Positions 1-10,493 of a DNA stretch of 64,000 nucleotides are shown piece after piece (the stretch's first letter is position 1; every line of letters starts with the position of its first letter). Below the pieces are notes generated by a model. That model did no database searches and was not told the origin of the DNA. It saw only the letters and a list, made by a program, of their open reading frames with translations. The stretch comes from Longimicrobiales bacterium (GTDB taxonomy: Bacteria > Gemmatimonadota > Gemmatimonadetes > Longimicrobiales > Gaopeijiaceae). The position numbers and the translations under genes were made by a program. Location of the stretch: NCBI GenBank assembly GCA_965202805.1, contig OZ241869.1:32001-96000 (forward strand), given 5' to 3'.

Positions 1-2114
1 CGCGCCCGCGCCAGCACCTCGTCCGTGGCGTTCCCCGGATGGAGGCGCACCTCCAGGGTGCCCGTGTGCGCGCCCGAGGTTTCCTCGCTCTCCATGTAGG
101 AGCGCACGTCCTCGCCCACGCGGGAGAAGACGGTCTCGACGCCGGGGTCGGCCTGAAGCGCCCGCTCGATCTCTTCCGCGGCCAGCTCGGTCGCGGGCAG
201 CCCCGTTCCCTCCGGCAGCTCGAGGCGCACCCGGAACCCGCCCTGGTCCACGTCCGGCAGAAGGTCCCGGTCGAGGGCCAGCGCGAGCGCCAGTGTGGCC
301 GCCAGCGCGGCTCCGGAGATGGCCAGCACCCGCCCGCGGTGATCGAGCGATACTTCAAGAAGCTGGTGATAGCGGTCGGCGAAGCGCTGGAATCCGCGGT
401 CGAAGGCGGCGAGCAGCGGCCCGAAAAGGCGGCCGCACACCCCCGCCACCCCCTCCCACCAGAAGACCGCCAGCGCGCGCCCCAGCGCGAATGCTCCCGC
501 GATCAGCCGGAAGGGAAGCACCACGGCCCACAGGAACGCCCGTCCGATCCGCGCGAGCACCCCCCGCCGGCGCCCCGGCCGGACTCGTTCGGGCCGCTCG
601 GCCGCCCGCGCCCGGTCCACGAAGCGCGCCGCCATTCCCGGCAGCAGGGTCAGCGCCACCAGCAGGCTGGCCAGCAGGGAGAAGGCCACCGCCAGCGACA
701 GGTCGCCGAACAGCTCGCCTGCCACCCCCTCGATATAGATGATCGGCCCGAACACCGAGATCGTGGTGAGGGTCGAAGCCGTGATCGCGCCCTGGACCTC
801 CTCGCCTCCGAGGGCCGACGCCTCCGCCGAGGGGACGCCCGCCTCCCGGTGCCGGAAGATGTTCTCCAGCACGATGATGGAGTTGTCCACCAGCATCCCG
901 ACCCCGAGTGCCATCCCTCCCAGGCTCATGATGTTCAGCGAGACCCCGAACGCCTCCATCAGCGCGAACGCGCCCACCACGGAGATCGGGATCGCGAGCG
1001 CGATGGCGAAGGGGTAGCGCGGATCGCGCAGAAAGAAGAACAGCACAAGGAACGCCAGCATGCCCCCGAACACCAGTGCCTGCACCACGTTGCTGATGGA
1101 GTCGGAGATGAAGCCCGCCTGCGAGTAGGCGATGTCCACGGTGATGTCCGGAAACTCGACCGCCAGGATCCCGAGCGCCTCCTGGATCTGGTCGGCCACC
1201 GCCACCGTGTTGGCGCCGGATTCCTTGTACACCAGCAGACCCACGGCCTCTGCCCCGTTGTAGCGGGCGATCGACTCCCGGTCGGCGAATCCGTCCACCA
1301 CCCGCGCCACGTCGTCGAGGCGCACGAGGCGGAAGCTCCCCTCGTCCTCCTGCTGTCCGCCCGTCTCGGTCTGCTGGCGTCCCACCACCACCTGCCCGAT
1401 CTGGTCCACGGTCTGGAACTCGCCCAGCGTGCGCAGCGGGTAGCGGTAGCGCCCGCGCAGGATGGATCCGCCCGGGGCGGAGAAGTTGGCCCGGTCCAGC
1501 GCGACCGCCACGTCCTCCATCTCGAGGTCGTACGAGAGGAGCAGCTCGGGATCCACTTCCACCTGGATCTCGCGGTCCAGCCCGCCCGTGACCGCCGCCT
1601 GCGCCACACCGTCGAGCTGCTCGAGCCTGCGCCGGAACACCGTTTCCACGAAGTCCTTGGTCGCCCACAGGTCCGCGCCCCCGGCTACGGAGAGCACCAT
1701 GATGGGCTCGGACTCGGGATCGATGCGCAGGATGCGCGGCCGCTCCGATGTCTCGGGAAGGAACTCGCGGATGTTGTCGACGCGCTCGCGCACGTTGAGC
1801 ATGGCGAAATCCATGTCCGTGCCCCAGGCGAAGCGCAGCGTCACCAGGCTCACTCCGTCGCGCGATACCGACGTGACCCGCTCGACCCCCGGCACCGCCG
1901 CCCCCTGGGCTTCCACCATCTCGGTGATGAGCCGCTCGACCTCCGCGGGCGCCACGTCCGGATAGGTCGTGTAGACCACCAGGCGCGGGTAGCTCACGTC
2001 GGGCAGCAGGTCGATGGGCAGCCGCAGGAAGGAGATGACGCCCAGCAGGGAGATGGCCAGGAAGAGCATGGCCACGGCAACGGGCCGCCGCGTCGAGATG
2101 CGGGGAATCGACAT
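1..2114 (-). CDS. RND efflux permease (AcrB/AcrD/AcrF family), 3' end outside window
   Basis: Translated from ATG 2114: MSIPRISTRRPVAVAMLFLAISLLGVISFLRLPIDLLPDVSYP..., later GMLVDNSIIVLENIFR. Follows TolC and MFP genes. Not listed in the ORF track. Confidence 0.93.
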   Translation of the reverse strand, partial: MSIPRISTRRPVAVAMLFLAISLLGVISFLRLPIDLLPDVSYPRLVVYTTYPDVAPAEVERLITEMVEAQGAAVPGVERVTSVSRDGVSLVTLRFAWGTDMDFAMLNVRERVDNIREFLPETSERPRILRIDPESEPIMVLSVAGGADLWATKDFVETVFRRRLEQLDGVAQAAVTGGLDREIQVEVDPELLLSYDLEMEDVAVALDRANFSAPGGSILRGRYRYPLRTLGEFQTVDQIGQVVVGRQQTETGGQQEDEGSFRLVRLDDVARVVDGFADRESIARYNGAEAVGLLVYKESGANTVAVADQIQEALGILAVEFPDITVDIAYSQAGFISDSISNVVQALVFGGMLAFLVLFFFLRDPRYPFAIALAIPISVVGAFALMEAFGVSLNIMSLGGMALGVGMLVDNSIIVLENIFRHREAGVPSAEASALGGEEVQGAITASTLTTISVFGPIIYIEGVAGELFGDLSLAVAFSLLASLLVALTLLPGMAARFVDRARAAERPERVRPGRRRGVLARIGRAFLWAVVLPFRLIAGAFALGRALAVFWWEGVAGVCGRLFGPLLAAFDRGFQRFADRYHQLLEVSLDHRGRVLAISGAALAATLALALALDRDLLPDVDQGGFRVRLELPEGTGLPATELAAEEIERALQADPGVETVFSRVGEDVRSYMESEETSGAHTGTLEVRLHPGNATDEVLARA

Positions 2115-2117
2115 GCG

Positions 2118-3488
2118 TCAGGGGAGCGGTGTGCCGCCGCCGAGCGGCCCGCCCACGACCTGCTCAAGCTCGATTCGGGCGGCGACGAAGTCGTAGCGGG
2201 CGTTGATCGCGGTGCGCCGTTCGTTGGCCGCCCCTTCGATCGCGAGTTGCAGATCGGCGAAGGTCTCTGTCGTCAGGCGGTACCCCTCCCGGGCGAGCCT
2301 GAGGCGCTCTTCCGCGATCTCGCTCGACAGTTCCGCCAGCCGGTAGCTGTCCCAGGCGCCGCGCAGGTCGATGAGGCGGGAGCGCACGTCCCGCTCGATC
2401 TCCAGTCGGGTCTGGCGCATCTGCTCCTCGGCATTGGCCAGCTGAACCTGGGCTTCGGCGATGTTTCGCTCGGCGGAGAACCCGGTGAAGACCGGAATCG
2501 ACAGACTCAGTCGCGCGCTGGCGTAGCGGGAATCGGTGGCGAAAGGGTTGAAGGCCGCCGTGTACTCCTGCCCGTACGCGTCCTGGAAAAAGTAGGTACC
2601 GAGGCTGATCGTCGGGAGGCGCGCGCTACGAACGGCGCTCAGCGATGCCCGGCCCACATCCACCTGTGCACGGTTTTGCAGGATGGTAGGACTCTGCTCC
2701 AGGGCCCGGCCGATGAGCCCGGTCTCGTCGAGCGCCGCGGGATCGAAGGGTTCGGGAAGGGTGCCGCGGGTCGTGAATTCGCCCATGTCCGGCGCAATGA
2801 TCTCCGCGCGCAGAGCCAGCACGGCCTTCGCGTACTCGTTCTCCGCCTGGCGAACCGCCCGTTCCTGCTGCTGGATCTCCAGTTCGGCGGCCAGGACGTC
2901 GACCCGGCTGCCGACGGCGAGTTCGAACAGCCTCGTCGTGCTCTCCAGATCCAGTCGCTTGCCCTCGAGGATCTCCATCTCCAATTGGAGGAGGTCCGAC
3001 TGCCGGATGGTCTCATGGAAGCTCGTTGCGACGCGCGCCCCCGTGGCGATCATCTCCGTTGCGACCCTCCGCTCGCGCGCGATACCCCGGGCGCGCTCCG
3101 CGCCGCGCTGGTGGAAGCGCGCGCCGCCTTCGAACAGGTCGAGTTGGGCGGACACCGACTGGGAAGATGACGAAGCCGTGACCCACTCGACGTTGGGGTT
3201 GGCGATGGGGTTGCCGAAGTAGTCCTCCGCCTGCAACCGCCGGTTGAGGTTGACGTTGGTGCCCAAACTCAGGGAGAGGCTCGGGAGGAAGGCTCCCCAG
3301 GCCGCCCGCATCCCCGCCGGCGTCAACTCCAACTCGTTGATGGCCTGGCGGAGCAGGGGATTGTTCTGACTGGCCAACTCCAGGGCGTCCTCAAGCGAAA
3401 GGACGCGCGGCGCCTGTCCTTCGAGCGGAGCCGTGGCGAGCAATGCCGCGAGCATGCAGCACCGGAACCCCGCCTTCCGACGCCTCAT
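2118..3488 (-). CDS. TolC-family outer membrane efflux protein
   Basis: Signal peptide, LSLEDALELA..NNP motif, two OEP-like repeats; ATGA overlap with the MFP gene. Confidence 0.9.
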   Translation of the reverse strand: MRRRKAGFRCCMLAALLATAPLEGQAPRVLSLEDALELASQNNPLLRQAINELELTPAGMRAAWGAFLPSLSLSLGTNVNLNRRLQAEDYFGNPIANPNVEWVTASSSSQSVSAQLDLFEGGARFHQRGAERARGIARERRVATEMIATGARVATSFHETIRQSDLLQLEMEILEGKRLDLESTTRLFELAVGSRVDVLAAELEIQQQERAVRQAENEYAKAVLALRAEIIAPDMGEFTTRGTLPEPFDPAALDETGLIGRALEQSPTILQNRAQVDVGRASLSAVRSARLPTISLGTYFFQDAYGQEYTAAFNPFATDSRYASARLSLSIPVFTGFSAERNIAEAQVQLANAEEQMRQTRLEIERDVRSRLIDLRGAWDSYRLAELSSEIAEERLRLAREGYRLTTETFADLQLAIEGAANERRTAINARYDFVAARIELEQVVGGPLGGGTPLP

Positions 3489-4708
3489 TGTCCCGGCCCG
3501 GAGGAAGGAGCCGTGCCGGCCGGCGTGTCTCCGCCACCCTCCGGCATGTCCCCCTCGGCCAGCTGGACCGCCGCGTCGTGCCCCAGGAAGTGGTGACCGT
3601 CCACGAGCACGATTTCCCCGGGCCCGACCATCGAGGTCTCAGGGTTCTCCACGATTTCGACCACCTGGTCGTTTTCGAGCCCGGTGGTGACGTAGCGCCA
3701 CTCGGTGCGGCCGATCTCCCCCTCCTCCTCATTGAAGACGAAGAGCATGGTGCGCCGGTCGCGCTCAAGCACCGCCGAGCGCGGAACCAGGATGCGTTCG
3801 GTGAAGTGCTGCGCGTCCAGCGATACGCTCGCGTACATGCCGGGTTTGATCCTGCCACCGGGGTTGGGGAGCAGCACGGTCACGCGCGCCGAGCGGGTCT
3901 CGAGGTCGATGACCGGGTTGATGGTCTCCACCGTGCCGGTGAAGCTCTCGCCCGGGAACGCGGCGAAGGTCATGGTGGCGCGCCTGCCCTCCTCCAGGAG
4001 TCCTATCTCGCCCTCCAGCACCTGGGCTTCGACCTTGATGGGGTCCAGTTCCACGATGGTGACCAGCTCGTCGCCCTGTGCCACGAACTGGCCCGGCACG
4101 ACCCGCAGGTCGGCGATCCGGCCGGCGAAAGGCGCACTGATGTAGGTCCACGACAGTGCGAGTTCCGCCTCGCGGACACTGACCGTGGCCTCGTCCAGAC
4201 CGCTGCGCGACCGGGCGAGGCGCGCCCGCTCCGCCCGTACCTCCGGATCAGCGATCTCGTCATCGAAGAGGACGATCTGTTCGTAGTCGGCCCGGGCCCC
4301 GGTGAGACTGCTGTTTGCCCGCGCCAGCGCCAGCGCGTACTCGGTGGTGTCGATCTGGATGAGGAAGGCCTCGGAATCGACAGGATCGTTTTCCCGAACC
4401 GCGACATCCCGCACCTGGCCGGCAACGCGGGCCGAGAGGGTGGCGCGCCGGAACGCGGCCGCGCCTCCCGACGCCGTGATCCGGATCCACAGCGTATCGC
4501 GCTCGACGCGCGCCCCGGTCACGGGTTGTGCACGCCGCGCAAAGCTCGCAAGGGAGGCATCCGGCACTTCGAGAGTGGTCGCTTCGGAAGGGGTCGCGGC
4601 ATCCTCCTCCTCGGGAGCCGGGCGCAGCCTCAGGTAGATCCCTCCGCCGAGCAGCACCGCAATGATCGCAACGGTCGTAACTCCCAGCGTCGTCTTCGAA
4701 AAGCTCAT
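3485..4708 (-). CDS. RND efflux periplasmic adaptor (MFP)
   Basis: N-terminal TM, ISAPFAGRI, IKPGMY and VTTGL motifs. Confidence 0.92.
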   Translation of the reverse strand: MSFSKTTLGVTTVAIIAVLLGGGIYLRLRPAPEEEDAATPSEATTLEVPDASLASFARRAQPVTGARVERDTLWIRITASGGAAAFRRATLSARVAGQVRDVAVRENDPVDSEAFLIQIDTTEYALALARANSSLTGARADYEQIVLFDDEIADPEVRAERARLARSRSGLDEATVSVREAELALSWTYISAPFAGRIADLRVVPGQFVAQGDELVTIVELDPIKVEAQVLEGEIGLLEEGRRATMTFAAFPGESFTGTVETINPVIDLETRSARVTVLLPNPGGRIKPGMYASVSLDAQHFTERILVPRSAVLERDRRTMLFVFNEEEGEIGRTEWRYVTTGLENDQVVEIVENPETSMVGPGEIVLVDGHHFLGHDAAVQLAEGDMPEGGGDTPAGTAPSSGPGQ

Positions 4709-5031
4709 GGGCTCAATTCCTTCAGGTCGCTGGCTCCGCGGGCCGTTGCCCGCCCGATGCAGGTGCCGCCCAAGCCATCCTGGAGTGTACCCCGCCGCAC
4801 ACTTAAACGATCTTGTCCCCGGAGATTTGGACGGTCCGATCCCATCGAAGGGTTGCCGATCGACGGGCTACGGGCAAGGTGGCGGGGAGGCGCGGGCGCG
4901 GCCATGGCAATACGGGATTCCCTGCTTGCTCTCCACCTTCGCCCGGCCTAGTATTTCTCCCTTTCCGGTCTGCCGCGGAGTCGGTCGGCGGACCCGCCAA
5001 CGGAATCGACGGGCTCGCCGAAACACTGTCC

Positions 5032-5763
5032 ATGCCCCCACCTCCAAACGAGATTGAGCGCCGCATTCTGGACTACATGGAGTCCTATTTGCGCCGGAAC
5101 ACCTATCAGCCGTCGGTTCGCGAGATCGGGGCGAGATTCGGCATCAAGAGCACCAAGACCGTATCCGAACACCTCAAGTCGCTCGCCGCAAAGGGATACC
5201 TGGAGCGCGACCCGTCCCGTTCGCGAGGCGCGCGCATCGTTGGCCTCGATCTGAACGCCGAGACGCTCTCGGTGCCCTGCCATTCGCGGATTCCGCACCG
5301 GCGAGGCGACGTGGAGGAGGAGGAATCGGCGCAATCCTACGCCATCGACCGCCGCCTGGCGGGTGGTGCGGGTTCGTTCTTCGTCAGGGTCTCCGGCGAC
5401 GAGGCCGGCGCCCTGGGATATGAGGATGGCGATCTCCTGCTGGTGCAGCCCGTCCTCGCCCATGAAATCCGCGATGGCGATGTTCTGGCCGTGCATCTGA
5501 CCGATGGGGCGGGCTTCTATCGCTACGACGGCGCCGCCGATGCCCTCCATCCCGGTTCATCGGACGCCCCCGGCATTCCCGCGATGCGCCTGGAGGACCT
5601 GGCCGTCGCCGGCAGGGTGGCGGCATTCCTGCGGAGCGTGGGAGACGGCCCCCGCCCGGACGCATCCGGCGACGCGGCTCCAGGCCGCCGCTGGCGCCGG
5701 AGTTCGCGGCGGATCGCCGATGCCCGCGAAGGACGCGGGAGGCGTGACCGGCAGCACCGCTAG
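5032..5763 (+). CDS. LexA-like transcriptional repressor with degenerate S24 peptidase domain
   Basis: LexA wHTH (RILDYM..YQPSVREIGARFGIKSTKTVSEHLKSLAAKGYLERDPSRSRG). C-domain aligns by eye to LexA but lacks Ala-Gly, Ser and Lys. Start placed at ATG 5032. Confidence 0.85.
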   Translation: MPPPPNEIERRILDYMESYLRRNTYQPSVREIGARFGIKSTKTVSEHLKSLAAKGYLERDPSRSRGARIVGLDLNAETLSVPCHSRIPHRRGDVEEEESAQSYAIDRRLAGGAGSFFVRVSGDEAGALGYEDGDLLLVQPVLAHEIRDGDVLAVHLTDGAGFYRYDGAADALHPGSSDAPGIPAMRLEDLAVAGRVAAFLRSVGDGPRPDASGDAAPGRRWRRSSRRIADAREGRGRRDRQHR

Positions 5764-6238
5764 CCCCGCCCGGGAGACGAGCGCTTCCGCGTCCGGAGAC
5801 CGGATCTTCATGGCCCGTGCCCTGGAAATGGCGCGGCTCGCGGCAGTCCGCTCCGAGGTGCCGGTGGGAGCCGTACTGGTGATGGATGGCCGCATCGTGG
5901 CCGAGGGGCACAACCGGACGCGCGCCGATGCGGATCCCACGGCGCACGCGGAAGTCGTGGTGCTGCGCGCCGCCGCCCGCAAGCTCGGGCTCAGGATCCT
6001 CCCGGGCGCCACCCTCTTCGTCACCCTCGAGCCCTGTGCCCTGTGCGCCGGCGCGATCGTCCTGGCGCGGGTTCGCCGCCTCGTCTTCGGGGCCCGTGAC
6101 CCGAAGGCGGGGATGGCGGGCAGCCTGGAGAACCTGGTCCAGGATCCGCGTCTCAACCACTCCGTCGAGCTGACGGCGGGCGTGCTGGCGGAGCCCTCGG
6201 GGGAGTTGCTGCGGTCGTTTTTCAGGGCGCGCCGATAG
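5744..6238 (+). CDS. tadA: tRNA adenosine(34) deaminase
   Basis: EVPVGAV, DPTAHAE, TLEPCALCAGA, LRSFFRARR. GTG 5744 after GGGAGG (alternative starts 5720, 5810). Confidence 0.92.
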   Translation: MTGSTASPARETSASASGDRIFMARALEMARLAAVRSEVPVGAVLVMDGRIVAEGHNRTRADADPTAHAEVVVLRAAARKLGLRILPGATLFVTLEPCALCAGAIVLARVRRLVFGARDPKAGMAGSLENLVQDPRLNHSVELTAGVLAEPSGELLRSFFRARR

Positions 6239-6250
6239 AGCGGGGTCGCG

Positions 6251-8188
6251 CTATCCCGCGGCTTCCCCTTCGACCGACGTTCCCCAAAAGCGCAGGACGC
6301 CCCACAGCACGCCCACGCCGAGCAGCAGCGCCAGCCCCGGGGGCAGCCCGTACGCGGTGCCGATGTTGCCCAGGAGCATGCCCACGACGGCGACCAGCAG
6401 CGCATAGGGAAGCTGCGTGCGCACGTGATCGACGTGGTCGCACCCGGACGCGGTCGACGACAGCACCGTGGTGTCCGAGATGGGGGAGCAGTGGTCTCCG
6501 AAGATCGCGCCCGCCAGCACCGATCCGGTCGCCCCCAGGAGAATCACCTCCGCGCTGCCTCCGTCGAAGCCCACACCGCCCCCGAGGGTGATGGTGAGCG
6601 GGATCACCAGCGGGATCAGGATCGCCATCGTCGCGAACGAGGTTCCGGTGGCGAAGGCCATGGCCGCGGCGGTGGCGAACACCAGCACCGGGATGAGCCC
6701 GAAGGGAATGGCGTCCCCGAGGGTCTGTGCCAGGAACGCGGCCGTCCCGATCTCCCCGGTGATCGCCCCCAGCGACCACGCAAAGACCAGGACCAGCATC
6801 GCGGTCATCATCGCCTTCATTCCCGCGACCAGCGCCGACAGGGTCTCCTGGAGCGTGAGAATGCGCTGCGAGAGCGACAGCGCCATGGCCACCAGACATC
6901 CCGCGAGCGAGCCCCACAGCAGGGTGGCGTAGGGGTCCGCCTGCCCCAGGACATCCATCAGGGACGCCCCGGGTCCCGTCACCGCGCTCCCCGACACATA
7001 CAGCCCGATCAGGACCGTGAGCACCACGGTGAGCACCGGAAGCGCCGCATTCCACCAGCGCCGGGGCGCCCCCTCGGCCGGCTGCAGCAACGAATCGCTG
7101 GTGTCGGTCACCGGCGTCGAACCGGGCCGCGTCAGTCCGTCGCCGCGGGCGGCTCGCCGTTCCGCGGTGGCCATCTCTCCCAGGTCGCGGTTGGTGTAGC
7201 TCACAAGCGCCACGAGAACCAGCGCCAGCAGGGGGTAGAAGAGATACGGGATGGTCGAGAGAAACACGGTGAACGCGCTCGATGATGCGAGCGACGCCGC
7301 GAGTTCGGGGTTCGTGGCGGCGTTCTGCTCGGCTGCAAGCTGCAGTCCCTGGTCGATGAGCGAGATCTCGTAGCCGACCCAGGTCGAGATCGGAACGATC
7401 GCAGCCACGGGCGCCGCCGTGGAGTCGACCAGATACGCGAGCTTCTCGCGCGAGATGCGCAGCCGGTCGGTGATGGGCCGCATGGTCGTGCCCACGATGA
7501 GGGTGTTGGCGTAGTCGTCGAAGAAGATGGTCAGCCCCGCGAGCCAGGTGGCGAGCTTGCCCCGGCGCGGCGTGGTGGCGACCGGCGACACGGCCTCCAC
7601 GATGCCCAGCGTCCCTCCGTTGCGGGCGATGATCCCCACCATCCCGCCGAGCAGCAGGGAGAACACCACGATCTGCGTCTGCCCCGAGTCGTCGGCTAGC
7701 GCCGGCACGATGAAGGTGTCGACCGTGCGCCAGGTGGCCAGCAGGGGGTTGAACCCCGTGTACGCCAGCGCGCCCAGCCAAACCCCGGCGAAGAGCGCGG
7801 CCAGCACCTCGCGGAAGATCAGCGCGAGCAGGATCGCCACCAGCGGCGGCACGATGGAGTACCATGCGGGCGCGTAGTGGGGCCGCACCGTTTCGGTCGC
7901 CTCGCCGACGCGCACCTCCAGCGGCAGATCCGCCCGCGACTCCACGACCAGATCGGGCACCGCCAGCGACTGGTTGGCATCGACGGCTCCGGAGCGGAGC
8001 AGGGTGCCGTCGGCGGTCCGCACCTCGAACCAGCTCGACTCGTCGGGCGCCCCCGCCAGCGTGAGCGTGAACGGCAACCCTCCCATGACCACGGCCGGGT
8101 GCTCCTCGATCCCCTGCGCCGCGAGGGAGCCCGAGGCCGGAGTCAGGACGGACAGGACGAGCAGAAGAGCGAACGATGTGCGCCTCAT
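6251..8188 (-). CDS. Na+/H+ antiporter NhaC-family transporter
   Basis: IFFDDYAN, SREKLAYLVDSTAAP, GDHCSPISDTT, HVRTQLPYA. Confidence 0.9.
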   Translation of the reverse strand: MRRTSFALLLVLSVLTPASGSLAAQGIEEHPAVVMGGLPFTLTLAGAPDESSWFEVRTADGTLLRSGAVDANQSLAVPDLVVESRADLPLEVRVGEATETVRPHYAPAWYSIVPPLVAILLALIFREVLAALFAGVWLGALAYTGFNPLLATWRTVDTFIVPALADDSGQTQIVVFSLLLGGMVGIIARNGGTLGIVEAVSPVATTPRRGKLATWLAGLTIFFDDYANTLIVGTTMRPITDRLRISREKLAYLVDSTAAPVAAIVPISTWVGYEISLIDQGLQLAAEQNAATNPELAASLASSSAFTVFLSTIPYLFYPLLALVLVALVSYTNRDLGEMATAERRAARGDGLTRPGSTPVTDTSDSLLQPAEGAPRRWWNAALPVLTVVLTVLIGLYVSGSAVTGPGASLMDVLGQADPYATLLWGSLAGCLVAMALSLSQRILTLQETLSALVAGMKAMMTAMLVLVFAWSLGAITGEIGTAAFLAQTLGDAIPFGLIPVLVFATAAAMAFATGTSFATMAILIPLVIPLTITLGGGVGFDGGSAEVILLGATGSVLAGAIFGDHCSPISDTTVLSSTASGCDHVDHVRTQLPYALLVAVVGMLLGNIGTAYGLPPGLALLLGVGVLWGVLRFWGTSVEGEAAG

Positions 8189-8423
8189 CGGGAGTCCTTG
8201 GCAGGGTTTGGAGATGATCGGGCGCGGGCGCCCGCCGGAGCGCGCTCAGCTGTCAGCGACGTTCGCTGGCAAGGTATCGCCGCCGCGGACGCACGGCGAT
8301 GGTGCGGGAGGGGCATGGGCACGCGGTCCCGGTGCGGCGAACTCCCGGTCCGGGAGCGTTGCCACCAGGGAGCATGCGCCCGTATCTTCGCCCCGAGTTT
8401 TCCCCGACCAACCGGACGTTCCC

Positions 8424-8861
8424 ATGCAAGATATGACAGCTCCGCTTCGTTGCCGGCGATCCCTCCTGCCGTTCGTCGCCATCCTTCTGGGTACCGCCGC
8501 CTGCCGGGGCGATTCCGGCACCGAGCCCGCGGACAGCGACACCCTGATGCCGACGCTGTCCAGCATCCAGACCCACATTTTCACGCCGTCCTGCGCCGGT
8601 CACCATGGCCCGTCCCTCGCGGAAGCCGACCTCGACCTGTCGGCGGGCCGTTCCTTCGCCAACCTGGTGAACGTGCCCAGCACCCAGGTCGAACTCGACC
8701 TCGTGAGGCCGGGTGACGCGGAGAACAGCTATTTGATCCACAAGATGGACGGCCGCCCGGGCATCGTTGGACGGCAGATGCCGATCGGCAGGCTGCCCTT
8801 AAGCGCCGAGGAGATCGCGGTCATCAGGCAGTGGATCGACGCGGGCGCCCGGAACAACTGA
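8424..8861 (+). CDS. Putative lipoprotein, cytochrome c-like
   Basis: Lipobox-like GTAAC; IFTPSCAGHH, VRPGDAENSYL, RQMP, IRQWIDAGA resemble planctomycete-type cytochrome c domains. Confidence 0.65.
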   Translation: MQDMTAPLRCRRSLLPFVAILLGTAACRGDSGTEPADSDTLMPTLSSIQTHIFTPSCAGHHGPSLAEADLDLSAGRSFANLVNVPSTQVELDLVRPGDAENSYLIHKMDGRPGIVGRQMPIGRLPLSAEEIAVIRQWIDAGARNN

Positions 8862-8879
8862 GATCCGCCTTCACCGCCG

Positions 8880-9446
8880 GTGACCATGCCCGATCAGTTC
8901 CGCATCCCGATCATGCGGGAAGATGCAGTGGGACGAGCGGTCGCCCGCATGGCGCGCGAGATCCTGGAGCGCAACGAGGGAACGGAACGCCTCGCGCTGA
9001 TGGGGATCCACCGCCGGGGCGTCCAGATCGCGCGCCTCCTGCAGGACGAGATCGAGCGCGCGGCCGGAGTCCGGGTGCCGCGGGGGTCCATCGACATCAC
9101 CCTCTACCGCGACGACCTGATGGCGATCGGGCCCAGACCGGTGATCGGTGAGTCGAAGCTCCCCCCGGGAGGCATCGACAACCGGGCGGTGGTCGTCGTG
9201 GACGACGTCATCTTCACGGGGCGCACCGCCCGCGCGGCCATGAACGAGCTGATGGACTGGGGGCGCGCGTCCCGCATCTACTACTGCGCCCTGGTGGATC
9301 GGGCGGGCCGCGAACTGCCCATACAGCCCGACATCGTGGGCCGGGCGGTCACGGTGCTGCCGCATCAGCGGGTCGACGTGCTGGTGCCCGAGATCGACGG
9401 GGTGCTCGGCGTGGATGTCGTCACGACATCGCCGGAGGCGGCGTGA
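8880..9446 (+). CDS. pyrR: Bifunctional pyr operon regulator / uracil phosphoribosyltransferase
   Basis: [34 protein letters not shown]. Confidence 0.95.
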   Translation: MTMPDQFRIPIMREDAVGRAVARMAREILERNEGTERLALMGIHRRGVQIARLLQDEIERAAGVRVPRGSIDITLYRDDLMAIGPRPVIGESKLPPGGIDNRAVVVVDDVIFTGRTARAAMNELMDWGRASRIYYCALVDRAGRELPIQPDIVGRAVTVLPHQRVDVLVPEIDGVLGVDVVTTSPEAA

Positions 9447-10423
9447 GCCGTTCGGCCGCCGCCGCTCCGGGGCTCGGGAAGGACCTCGTCGGCATCGAAC
9501 ATCTCGGCGCCCGCCGGATCACCAGCATCCTCGACACCGCGGAGCCGTTCAAGGAAATCTCCGAGCGGCGCATCAAGAAGGTTCCCACGCTGCGCGGCAT
9601 CACGATCGTCAACCTCTTCTTCGAGGCCTCCACGCGCACGCGCATCTCCTTCGAGTTCGCGGAAAAGCGTCTCGCGGCGGATACCGTCAACATCGGCGCG
9701 AGCCGTTCCTCGGTGGCGAAGGGGGAGACGCTGGTGGACACCGCCCGCAACCTGGAGGCGATGAAGATCGACATGGTGGTGATGCGGCACTGGGCGTCGG
9801 GCGCGGCCCGGTTCCTCGCGGAGCGCATTCCCTCCAGCGTGATCAACGCGGGGGACGGCGCGCACGAGCACCCCACCCAGGCGCTGCTGGACATGCTGAC
9901 GCTGCGGGACCACCTGGGCGCCATCGCCGGCCGGCGGGTGTGCATCGTGGGGGACGTGCGTCACTCGCGGGTGGCGCGCTCCAACATATTCGGGCTGCTC
10001 ACGCTGGGCGCCGAGGTTGGCGTGTGCGGCCCTCCGACGCTCATTCCCCCGCACATGAGCGAACTCGGGGTGCGCATCTTCCATCGAATCGAGGAAGCGA
10101 TCGAGTGGGCCCACGCGCTGAACGTGCTGCGCCTCCAGCTCGAGCGCATGGAAGCCGGCTTCGTGCCCAGCCTGCGCGAGTACAACCGCATCTGGGGGGT
10201 CTCGCGCGCGCGGCTGGCGGCGGCGCCCGATCCGCTCCTCATCCTCCATCCGGGCCCCATGAACCGGGGGGTGGAGATCGACAGCGACGTGGCCGACGGG
10301 CCACACTCCGTGATCCTTCAACAGGTCACCAACGGGGTCGCGGTGCGCATGGCGGTGCTCTACCTGCTGGCGGGCGGGCGGCCGGAGAAGGCCGAGGCGG
10401 CCAAGGCGGAGGAGGTCGCATGA
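9443..10423 (+). CDS. pyrB: Aspartate carbamoyltransferase catalytic subunit
   Basis: [33 protein letters not shown]. Confidence 0.97.
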   Translation: MSRSAAAAPGLGKDLVGIEHLGARRITSILDTAEPFKEISERRIKKVPTLRGITIVNLFFEASTRTRISFEFAEKRLAADTVNIGASRSSVAKGETLVDTARNLEAMKIDMVVMRHWASGAARFLAERIPSSVINAGDGAHEHPTQALLDMLTLRDHLGAIAGRRVCIVGDVRHSRVARSNIFGLLTLGAEVGVCGPPTLIPPHMSELGVRIFHRIEEAIEWAHALNVLRLQLERMEAGFVPSLREYNRIWGVSRARLAAAPDPLLILHPGPMNRGVEIDSDVADGPHSVILQQVTNGVAVRMAVLYLLAGGRPEKAEAAKAEEVA

Positions 10424-10493
10424 GCCCGCGCTCGTTGGCGTTGCGGCGGACGCGTTGCGCGTCTCGGAGGATGACCGCGCCCTGGAGGGCGCC

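Noticed and set aside
39..3170. 1043-aa plus-strand ORF (likewise 17099-20620, 22075-24846, 38597-41869, 53123-55369, 57039-59393)
   Set aside because: Antisense shadows of clear minus-strand genes; Arg/His/Gly-rich with no motifs, as expected at high GC
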